A stretch of DNA of 58,702 nt. It comes from Bigelowiella natans CCMP2755 (Eukaryota > Protista > Cercozoa). Below are positions 27,239 through 37,595 of the stretch, one piece after another (the first letter of the stretch is position 1; each line of letters starts with the position of its first letter). The notes below the pieces were generated by a model. The model made no database searches and had not been told where the DNA came from. It saw nothing but the letters and a program-made list of their open reading frames with translations. Location: the NCBI GenBank assembly GCA_000320545.1, contig ADNK01003008.1, positions 1 through 58,702 on the forward strand. Reading direction: 5' to 3'. Both the position numbers and the translations under genes were made by a program.

Positions 27239-30200
27239 ATGGGTGCTGGGAATAGCGCAGACAAGGTTGCAATACTATTTCGATTCTTTTGCTGAACCAG
27301 GGATCGATGCTGAAATCACCTTGTTTCGTGGGTTTTCTCAATCTGATCATGTCCATCTGCCTATCCCTCGAGATTCGCTCGACTATAATACCATAATTGA
27401 GTAGTTGTTTTGCATCGTTTCCACGCAAAAACAGAAGGAGGAGGATGCAAAACGTTACAAAGAGGCGATGCAGATAGCTGCTTCCACGCAAAAACAGAAG
27501 GAGGAGGATGCAAAACGTTACAAAGAGGCGGTGAAGAAAGCTGAACGAAAACAAGAAGAGGCAGAAGCGCGGAGAAGAGACACGCTGAGGCAGAAAAAAG
27601 AAATGGAGCACAAAATGATAGATGAGACTGATGAACTAAGACGTGGTCTGGCAGAAGCGAATGATAACCTTGCAGCGCAGAGAGAGGAACGAGATGCCCT
27701 AAGAAGAGAGAACGATGATTTGGAAACGAAACTCGGCCTGTGGGAAAAACGAGTGAGTTGTGCCTATGTACTGAAAGGTTTTTAGAGTGACTGTCTGTAT
27801 TCGTGTATATTCAGCCTATTAATGTGCATGTACAAACACAACCAGGATGTATTAGCGCTTGCTGATAAGGCAAAACAGATTCATTTCGTCAGTAGAAGGA
27901 CAACTCAATTAGATGGCCACTTTAACCGACAATTGAAATTTATGAGGGGCCGACAGGACATCAGGTGCGCGCAGAGTGTTGCATATGGCGGATGGATGTA
28001 CTCTCGCTTGTTTGCTTGTTTATGATTCGTTTATTCACGATTTTTTACCGCAGGAAAATTCTACATAAAAACATCTCCGATATTAAAAGGGAGCTGAGTA
28101 TGATGGAAAAGGAATGCAACAAAGCGTCGGAAGCTCTGCTGCGATTGCTGTCTAGTGTCGCGCCTTCAAGTAAAGATATTATGGATGCCGTGAAATTTAA
28201 AGATTCAAAATATAGGAACTTCCGCCAAAGATTGAGGCCTACTGAATTGCGTGAAAATAGTATCGCAGAAATCTGCAGGCTTCAAATGCTTTCAGGCGAT
28301 GTGGACCATCCCAAGCCGCGTTTCTGTAGAGTATTAGCTTTTTGCAGTAATGGTAGATATCGTGTCTCGGAGTATTTAAACCCACAGAAGCAGTGGGAGA
28401 TAGCGAAACAGAGGTTAAGACCAGTTGGAGTTGTTGAGCACACGGGACTTCTTACCAAGTTCATACAAACAGGGGAACGGCAGGATGAAAAAAATCTGAA
28501 CGAAGCGTCCAGATTGTTTAACATTCTCGTAAAGGAACGTGGAGCCCTGATGGCAGTCCTCGACCAAGTCCGAACAGGGTCCGACATAAACTATTCGAAA
28601 AAAATGTCTCAAATGGCCAGTGCTTGGGAAAGGTATGCAAAGTTGCGCGAGGAGGAGGCAAAGGAATTGAAAGCATATACTGAATCGATGATAATGCCCA
28701 CTCCGGACGGAGTCGGTCGGGAATTTCGCCCCCCGAGCCCAGATATGGAAGAAAGATTCAAAATTTGGAGCAAAAAGCGCCAAACAGTCCGCGAAATCGA
28801 GAAGGAGCTAAACACTTGCGTCAAGGAAATCGAATACTCCATATTTACACACATTAAACCTAGGATACTACAGAGGGAGAAAGAACAGCGGTCCTCTCTC
28901 GAAGATTTAAAGGCTATCGCTCAAAATAAAGACCTATTGGAAAGCGTTTTGAACGTGCAATCTCGAGCTCAAATTTTAATTCGCAATTGTACGGCAGTAC
29001 TTGAAGCCTATGGTCGCGTATATAGCGAGGGGGGGTTGATACAGAAATATTTAGAGATCAAAGAAGAGAAACATGTTGTTGAAGCTAAAATCGTAGGCTT
29101 GAACAACAAAATTAAAAGAGCAGCGATCATGGACAATCATACGAGTGTTTCAGAATGTACTACCCGAATTCGCAAACATCAAAATGAACTCGATAGACTC
29201 GAAAGACAATACAGGGCAGCGGTTGTTCCTTTGAGGAAGCTGACTCGAATTCGTCCGGAAATCATATTCCACTGCGGTGACGATCTGGATCCCCTCCATG
29301 GGACTTGCGCAGAGAACATTCCGATTTATTTAGAATCCGACTACAAGCTGGACACCAAAGAGCCACAGTTTTCAGTCAGATCAAAATCGGCCCGTGTGCA
29401 AGCAAAAGTAAGGTTGCAGGGCGAGATGATGGTTCGATGTGTGTTGAAAACATTCGACTTCGGAAGCAACATAAAATATTTAAGGAGAGCTGTAACGGCG
29501 ATGATGAAGGTCTCACACCCGAACATCATTCGATTGCAGGGAATTTGCAAATGCCACGGTACACCCATACACACACATACACACACACACACACACACAT
29601 AATTACATGCCCAGACATATTTTATGTGCATGATTCTCAGATGGGAACTGGACTCTCGACCTTCCTCGATATCGCTACACGCTCCCTGACTGGGCAGTGG
29701 CCAAAAAGGCAGAGATCCAGACTAAGTTTACAAGAGTAGAAGAACAGAAAAGGCAGTGGTCAGGCATTGTAGCACGAGTTATGAGAGGCATTCTGAAAGG
29801 CCTGCTCCATTTGCACGAGAATAACGTCATTCATCGTGATATCAAACCGGACAACATTCTAGTAGAGCGACTCAATAAGGCAGAGTTCCAAAGCGATGCA
29901 GACTCTAAAGTAGACCGCGACGTCGCTGTGATCGCAGATCTTGAGACATGCATATCATACAAACCAGGTGCGAGTTCGCAGCCTCAGACAGTCAAAGTTG
30001 GAACCCAAGGCTATATTGACCCCCAGGCAAACATGGGCCTAGCACCAGCAGCAGATATGTTTGCCTATGGTGTCACTCTAGGAGAGGTGCTGACAGGAAA
30101 ACAGTTAAGATCGCCTCAGGATGTAGATGACTGCAAGGGACTTGGAGACGCCGAAAGAGATATTCTTAAGTAAGTGCCCACAATACCCATTTGTGCACCA

Positions 30201-31227
30201 TTTTGACAGGTTTCACTAAAAACGAATCTGTGGCCTTGCTAATTGCGGCTTTCCTCTTAGGAAACTCCTGTGTCACGATCGAGGGAAGCGGGTTTCATCG
30301 CGAAAGGCTTTATCCCATGATTATTTCACACGAGGGCCGGCGATGTTGCAAACGTGTTGCATATGTTACGGTGACTTTCCGCCAGAAGAGGGGGTTCAGT
30401 GTTCTGGGGGTCCTTCTGGAAAACGGCATTTCTACTGCAGCAGCAAAAATGGCTCAGGACAAAAATCGTGCTTTGACAGGCTTGTGCTAGACATGGCAAC
30501 AGATAGTCTGAAAGTGCGCACGGAAAGAAAAGGCCAGGTATGCTGCAAGATGTCAGCAGAAGAGGAGCCACGATTTGATGTAAATCGGAGGGCAATATTA
30601 TGCAGATCTTGTCCTTTTTCTGAAAAGGTAGTGTGTTGCAACACACTTGACGAAGTGTATGAAAAGCATCGGAGTAGCAATACAGAAATTAGCAAATACA
30701 ACATAACCAAAGCCGCAGAAAAATTGATGGAAGAAAAATTAAAAGCAGAAAGGAAACGACTCCGCGAGATGGACGAAGCAGCACGGCAAGTCTATGAAAC
30801 TAAACAAAAGATATTTGACGAAATATTGCCCATTATTGGGGATATAAAATCGGTAGAGAGTCTCGCAAATCGCTGTCCGAATTGTGGTTTGAAATTCCAA
30901 GAGTTTAGCGCGTGCTTCAAAATAAAGTGCAGGGAATGTCGCGTCGATTTTTGTGGTTGGTGCATGCGGAGGTGTGAAACTGTTCCAGACCCACACGAAC
31001 ATGTGAGGCAATGCCCCAAAAACAGGGAAAATGGGAATCTTTTTTCTACGAAGGAGAAATACGAAGAGTCAAATTTTGATCGGCGCAAAACACAGCTCCA
31101 GGCTTTATTCAGAGAGTGTAAAAAAGAGACAGCAATTACAGTGCTCGTAGAGAGTATGTCTGATTTTAAGGCGCTTGGTTTCGGTGGCGTGGCTGAGAAA
31201 ATTTTGAATCCACTTCTTTTAGAATGA
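27239..31227 (+). CDS. Coiled-coil + Ser/Thr protein kinase + RING-like + Rcat (RBR RING2)-like fusion protein
   Basis: About 7 exons. Possible N-terminus MGAGNS. Long coiled coil, then kinase motifs VLK, HPNIIRL, HRDIKPDN, ADLE (DFG variant), GTQGYIDP and DMFAYG. Splicing 30169-30260 joins in frame to CCIC...C...HFYC...C and CPNC...SACFKIKCRECRVDFCGWC. Confidence 0.85.
27419..27530 (+). repeat. In-frame 63-bp-period tandem duplication (STQKQKEEDAKRYKEA x2)
   Basis: Identical TTCCACGCAAAAACAGAAGGAGGAGGATGCAAAACGTTACAAAGAGGCG occurs twice. Confidence 0.9.
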
Positions 31228-31749
31228 TAGTGGATAGTTTTCAATATTTCTTATTCGCTGGAGATTATTTTGCAGTTCATTCATATGCCCGAAGGCTTAG
31301 CAGCCTGCACTCGTGACTAGCGCATGCAGACAGGGAGTGCAATTAACACACGATGAGAGCTAGAGGGTGTAAATGAAGCCTCGAAAAAACGGTGATTCAA
31401 TACAAGGCCTTTGAAGCTCCAATACGTTTTGACATCTAGCTAGACATGTTCACATCGTGAACAACGCGCACAAAGTCTGGGAAGAGTGGCTGTCACATAA
31501 AAGCCGCCAGTAGGCTGCTCCGTCTCGCGTCAGTCTTATTGCAAGCTCATTGTACCCGCCGCTACTCACTCAGTTGCATCTATGCTCTTATACTCTCATA
31601 GCCGGTCGCCGGCTAGCTAACTAGAGGTGCGTAGTTTTTGCTTTCCCTAGTGCACATGCCATCTCATGGTGGCCCCAATCAATTCAAATGGCTTCTCACT
31701 GCGGCGTGTCCTACTTCATGCAGCAAGCATAAGCAATGTGCCATCTTAG

Positions 31750-32020
31750 CATCGCATGATGAATCACAACAGGTGAAATCTTGGAATTGCATGGTTTTGC
31801 GCATGTTGTTTTCCTGCAAGAACTGAAACAATGCAGCGGTGCCATGATGGTTCTTGTTCAAAAGAAAACACGTTTCAGCTTGGTTCGAGAAAAAAAACTC
31901 AAATTCTTTGAATGCACGAGATCAAGGTCCATTTGCATGTGACAAAGTTTGAGGCCTGCCTAGCTAGCTAGCTACTAGCCTGTGCTTGATGAAGACTGAA
32001 CTGAAAGACAATAGACACTA
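31750..32020. other. Small TpA-depleted island ending in a CTAG tandem array
   Basis: No TA from about 31750 to 31960, then cctagctagctagctactagcc. Confidence 0.55.
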
Positions 32021-32263
32021 GTGATACGATATATATAGTACATATACTATGTGTATCGTATTACGAGTCTGTTGTTGAACAGGCCCCCATGATTATCCCC
32101 CTTTTAGCTACCCGCCATATCATTTCTCACAAATCACTGGGGGCAAGCTGATCGCAACAGCCTGCCATATGGTCTTCTCTAAAGCCATATGTTTTACTTA
32201 CCTTTGCTCTTAAACTCTAGACCCGACCCGGTGTTCAAAAATCAAAATCCAAACACTCAAATC

Positions 32264-32676
32264 ATGGCTCGACGAAAACAGACAGCACGAAAAAGTACAG
32301 GGGGGAAAGCGCCGAGGAAACCACTTGCGACGAAAACTGGTGGTAATGATGACAGAACATCAAGTGCGAAGAGAGAAAGGCATTGTTATCGCCCCGGTAC
32401 TGTGTGGCTATCCGAGAAATCCGTAAATACCAAAAGGGTACCGATCTTTTGATGCGAAGATTTCCATTTTCTTGGCTAGTTCGGGAAATCGCCAATGATT
32501 TTAAAAGCGACATGCGATTTCAATGCAAAGCTGTATTGGCTCTCCAGGAAGCTGCAGAGGCTTATTTGGTTAGTCTATTTGAGGATGCTAATCTTTGTAC
32601 AATGCACGCAAAACGAGTGAGAGTGATGCCCAAAGACATACAATTAGCAAGACGTATTAGAGGAGAACGTACATAG
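32264..32676 (+). pseudogene. H3: Divergent histone H3 with a +2 frameshift (pseudogene or assembly error)
   Basis: [19 protein letters not shown]...YRPGTV in one frame continues as [10 protein letters not shown]...[14 protein letters not shown] in another. There is an extra TG at about 32401-32406 (actgtgtggct). Intronless. Confidence 0.9.
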
Positions 32677-33324
32677 GGAATACCAAAGAAAAATCGTTTG
32701 TTTTTAGAGTACATGTTTGTAACGTTACACGGCAATGCAGTCACCAGTTACAGTAAATATAGAATGAAATAGATGCTCATAATGATGCACATGTTAAAGT
32801 TATCTATCAAAGCATCTGATGCAAGAAAACACACTTTATGCTATGACGAGCTTTTGTAGTATCTGCGTATTACTGCACACAACTGCGTGCATTGGTATTG
32901 TGTAAATATGCTTTAAATATCACATTGTTGCTGCATTTGTAGAGACTAATGAAAAATATAGCCCTGTAGGCTTTAATCGTGTATACATATGGTCTAGCGC
33001 ATACGTGCATTCGCATACACGAATTTAGGCCTATAGGCTATAGCTGAAGTTGCTGCTAGTGAAAAATATTCAGTCAACATCCCGCACGCTAAACGATTTG
33101 CATAATAGCCACATGCTAGCATGCACACGCGGCAGTATAGTCTAGTAGCTGGCCTATATCTTCCACTGTCGATGTCCCTGTGGCGGCTTGCACACAAAGC
33201 TACGTTGTATTTAACAGAAGTATTGTAAACGCTGCTTCACATTTAGCTACGACTTGCGATGAGCATTTTGAAAATATTGCATCACTTTGTTACACTCTTT
33301 TTATTTCTATGTGTATGGGGTATA

Positions 33325-34305
33325 TCACCCCGCCCCCTCATTCCTTTTTTTTCCAGTACTCTTACGCCTCTTGGCTTTTGACTTTTGTCTTTCTTCAAAC
33401 CAAGTTAGCACAGCTGTAGCAACAAAACCTCTCATAATGTTTGCTAGCGTTCCAGCAAAGAAGGCACCCATTCCATTATCTTCCTGGAATACTTGGTTCA
33501 CACAATGGCTACTGGAAATGTACTCTGCATTCGTGATGTTAGCTACCATCATGCGCCGACGAATTGTATCAAATGGATACGTGATTGTACCACTTAAGGC
33601 GGTTATCCCATAGCCGAAGGCAAATTTTGACCAGAAAGAACTCGATTTTCCCAACAATCTGTGTTTGAAAGTATCGTATAATGCAAAATATGTGCAACGA
33701 TAGACGAAAATGCCGCAGAGAGTAGCGCCAAATCCAGAATATAGCATTTGTAAACGAGAGGTGCCAGGGCTTGACAGCACATCCCAAATTGCAAGGAAAG
33801 GATTCTGCGAGACAATCGGTTTGTATGATGGGTTCACAGCCATTGCAGCAGTTTGGAAAGCACATATTGTTCGCAAACTATCGAGGGGATATGTGATGCT
33901 CATAACGAGGCCAGCTACAAGGCCGCCCGATAAGGCACGGGAGAGTTTTGACCACAAGTCTTTGGGTTTACTGGACGGGTCGAAAAACATTGAATAAACC
34001 CATACCTTGAGTCGGGAGTTCAATGCCAACGTTGGGAAATAGCGTATGATATTGAATCCATTTCCTGAGAAAAAACCAAAAGGACCAGCGTTCCAGGTAG
34101 CAGCTAGAATGCTCCAGGTTGTGGCTCCGTGAGAAGGAATTGCACCAAGCCGAATGGACTCATTACGCAATTGGGTTACTATCTTTACATATTCGAATGG
34201 GGCGCTGATAGTCTTCGCTGTAATCGCTGAAATATCTTGTTCAGAAATAAACACCCATGATGAAGGCCTAGGCTTCTCGCTTCCTTGATCCTTCCCCTCC
34301 GACAT
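33325..34305 (-). CDS. ADP/ATP carrier (ANT/AAC-like), intronless and divergent
   Basis: 326 aa with APFEYVK, NIIRYFPTLALN, YPLDSLRT, GIFVYRCTYFALYDTFK, YPFDTIRRRMMV (AAC signature RRRMMM-like) and ANIMRG. Confidence 0.9.
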   Translation of the reverse strand: MSEGKDQGSEKPRPSSWVFISEQDISAITAKTISAPFEYVKIVTQLRNESIRLGAIPSHGATTWSILAATWNAGPFGFFSGNGFNIIRYFPTLALNSRLKVWVYSMFFDPSSKPKDLWSKLSRALSGGLVAGLVMSITYPLDSLRTICAFQTAAMAVNPSYKPIVSQNPFLAIWDVLSSPGTSRLQMLYSGFGATLCGIFVYRCTYFALYDTFKHRLLGKSSSFWSKFAFGYGITALSGTITYPFDTIRRRMMVANITNAEYISSSHCVNQVFQEDNGMGAFFAGTLANIMRGFVATAVLTWFEERQKSKAKRRKSTGKKRNEGAG

Positions 34306-34559
34306 GGCTACTACCCTGAGAATGGAGAATGCTCGGTGGTTACTTCAGTTTCTGACACATGTCAATAAAAGTCATCCCTGTTCGATCTTGTATTAAGAGT
34401 AAACATACCTATATATTAGGTAAAATTAAAGAAAATTAATAAATTTTTTCGTATAGATCTACATGTACATGTATATATTTTTTCGGTGTTTCTGTTTTTC
34501 TTTTTCCCAGAAAATTCTTTTGGGAAAATGTCGCATCTCATTACCAAACATCGTGAATC

Positions 34560-34707
34560 GTAGGAGCACTACAATCAAAAATCCATGCCATTCCATGTTT
34601 TTGGTAGAACCATCACATTGCTTTTTTGACAAATCAAGACCGAGCACCGAGGCGCCAAGGTGGGGGTAGGGTGTCACTTTGATCGGCGCGAACTGCTCTT
34701 GCATCAT
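34560..34707 (-). pseudogene. N-terminal fragment of a TauD/TfdA-family dioxygenase
   Basis: APIKVTPYPHLGASVLGLDLSK...MEWHGFLIV matches the TauD N-terminus pattern (xVxPLxxxLGAEVxGVDLS...LxxHGVLxF). No catalytic HxD region follows. Confidence 0.55.
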
Positions 34708-36420
34708 TGTCACAAGAGAGCAAGCAGAATCATGCAATCGCTGCATCGCGTTGATTGCACAGAGCATGGACGTGCTGACGGCAAATTTTGCAACAAAAGC
34801 AGCAGCGCGCTGATGGCCATCCGTGATGAACAACAAAACGCGCTAGCTTGCGCAATCTGAGGCAAATGTGGAACGCAAGAATGTCACGGTAAGGCTTCAA
34901 TGGACAATGCGCAATGATGATCGATGAACAAGCTGCGCGCATGCTGATTCGCTGCTCCGTTTCCCGAGAGTGGTGTCCTCGAGCGCGCGCTTTCGTGATG
35001 AATCAATTCGACGGCGATGAGAAACAGGACATCTCATCTCTGCGGTCACTGCTCTTGGTTTGAATGGTCATTGCAAAGTTTTGCAGCTTTCTTTTTTCCG
35101 GCGGCAAACTGACGTGTGTGGACATTGTGTCCACATGCGTGCACGCGCAAGGAACACATGCACCTGTGACGCTGCGTGAATGCGCTTGCGTCGATCTTCC
35201 TGTCCTTGCAATGACTTTTTGTTGTTGCTTGCATGCATGTGCAATGCCAGAGAACAAGCTGCGCTGTGTGCAAGTGTGAGCAGAACGCTCACATTGCCTG
35301 CAGCCTGCCGTGCACATCACCATGAAGACGCACATCAACACGTCATTCAATGCACTCTGGTCCATCAACGTTCAATGTGCGCACGTCGCACTTCGATCCG
35401 CACTGTCATCAGCGCACCTCTCAATGATCGATTTCACAGCTAGACGCACACGCGCCGCACGCTGACACGTGTGGTGCGCTCTCAGCGCACCTGCTGCAAT
35501 TTGACGACGTCACGTTGATGCGCTCATGCACGCGCACATCTGTTGCTCTAGGCGCACATGCACACGTGTGTTGCACGTGTCATGCGTCTTCGCACGCATG
35601 CCAGGTGTGTGTGCGCCATCTCTAGACCTAGGCAATTGACGCCAAACAGGTGACAGACACACGAACATCATCTGTCCATTTCGATTGCACGAGCTGACGA
35701 ACAACAGACACAGCAATGCACTGCGTGTGTCATGCACGTTGTGCATTGCATGTCCATCATGAGCACACCTTCCAATTTCACGGACTGCCTCATGTGCTGC
35801 ACGCTGATCAACATCAATCCATTCATTTCAATTTTGGATCATCGACATGCATGAAGCTAGGCTTTTCATTGCACTGCTCACAATGGACACAGCAACACAC
35901 TGTGCACATCATGCAAGTTGTGCATTGCATGTCCATCATGCGAGCCATCCTCTGTTGCCGGTTCATTGCAGTGATGCATTGGCACACGTTCCATGGAATC
36001 ACAGCATCCGGCGCTTGTTGATCTCGCATGCATGCACGCGTGACACCTGGCTAACTCTAGAACTCCACAACTGCTAGACTAGGCACAGTTGGACAGTCGA
36101 TTTGATGTGTGTGCACGTGCATGATTTGGCCGCAGCATGTCAACGTTTTCACACGTGTGTGGAACTCACACATCAAACATCAAAGCTAGAAGGAAAAAGA
36201 TGGCTGATTCTCCGCATCCATGAAAGGACAAAGTGCTTGGTTTCGGGTGTGAATGGATGCATGTGACGTTTACTTTCGGCATGCTTTTGCAGTTCATGGA
36301 CCATGAGCCAGTGTTGGCAGAAAACTGAGGCATTTTCAAAGAAACATGCTGGGGTTTGGCCACAACAGAGCCGCTCGAGGGCAGCAAATGATTGACTACA
36401 GAGTCTGAGAGGATCATGCC
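34680..36420. other. Strongest TpA-depleted, CTAG-retaining island
   Basis: Manual count for 34681-36240 gives about 12 TA, about 10 of them in CTAG. CG remains frequent. Confidence 0.92.
35701..35940 (+). repeat. Diverged 61-bp direct repeat (35701-35761 and 35880-35940)
   Basis: acaaCAgacacagcaaTGcactgCGTGTGtcatgcaCgttgtgcattgcatgtccatcatg versus acaaTGgacacagcaaCAcactgTGCACAtcatgcaAgttgtgcattgcatgtccatcatg. Confidence 0.9.
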
Positions 36421-37595
36421 TTCAGGTGTTCACGTTCATCTGCTCTCATGGTTACCGCTTGTCGAAATTTTAGATGGTTTCTTTTAGACGCTCCGAAGGT
36501 CTCTTGGCTCTAGCCCGAGCATGAGGTGCCTCTGCTGGTCACGTGTAGTGGTTCGGGGCTGCAAGCTTTCTCATTCCCTCTGAAATTTTCACACTTCTTG
36601 ATTGATTCCATGAGACGCGCTTTGTGCAAAATTTGGTCAAAGTAGTTTGTTGCTACGGGGTGATCACCCATTCCATGTGAGCTTTGTGCAAATCCGGTCC
36701 GTTTGTCCAAATGGTCTTGTGACAGGTTCTTTCTTTCTTTGTTCATTGTTCATTGTTCATTGTTCGTTGTTCTTGTGTTGTTAATTTTGGCCAGTTGATG
36801 GTTCAATTGCATCTATCAATGGGGCTTCTTGGGTCCATCGTAGATCTATGCGGTAGTAGACTACTACGAATTTTTGCAACGCGATCTGCGTGAGGGTGTG
36901 GAGAAAGGCCCCTGCGGAAGAAAGTCGGTTCATGGTTCAGAAGAATTTCAAAATGGACATCCTGAGTGTGAAATGAAGAATAAATTCGTGCAGTATCTCG
37001 AGGTATCATTGTCGTACCACATAATGCCGCGTGTATGTGTAAAGAGGTTCACTATTTATTTGTCTTAATTGGGGGGGAAACGAGATCTGACGCCTGACGC
37101 CCTATGACTCTGTGCGATGATGACGCTATAGTCAAAAGAAACAAGCGTTTTTACCACATCTTCCAAAGAAATTCCAATTCGATTTCTTCGCTTTTTTGCG
37201 TGCCGGGAGCGCGCTACGGATTACTTTTTCGAAAATTGCGTTGCATTATTCTCTCCAGGCAAAATATCTTTCTTCACCGTTTTTTTTAAATAGATCTACT
37301 CGCAGCTCAGATATGATTTGATGTGATGAAAATCCCGTGAAGAGCTGATTCTTCTTCGTTACATGTAGCTCCGCAAATGAATGACACCAAAATGTGCGGG
37401 AGTTCTTTTTCTAAAAACGAAGTGGCGGTGTGCCCACCTGACTCCATACCAAATTCTACCTGCGACATGGAAAAAGTGCAAAATGCGTGATTTTTCGCCT
37501 GGATATACAACGAAATTATCTCTATCGGGCCAAAAAAAGAACGTTAACTCCGAAGAGACACTGACTCCCGGACATAATTCAAAATCCTCTTATCC

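Noticed and set aside
34660-36077. Many overlapping Cys/His/Met-rich ORFs that look like metal-binding proteins
   Set aside because: Artefact of TA loss: TAA/TAG stops and Tyr codons are missing, which lengthens ORFs in all frames.
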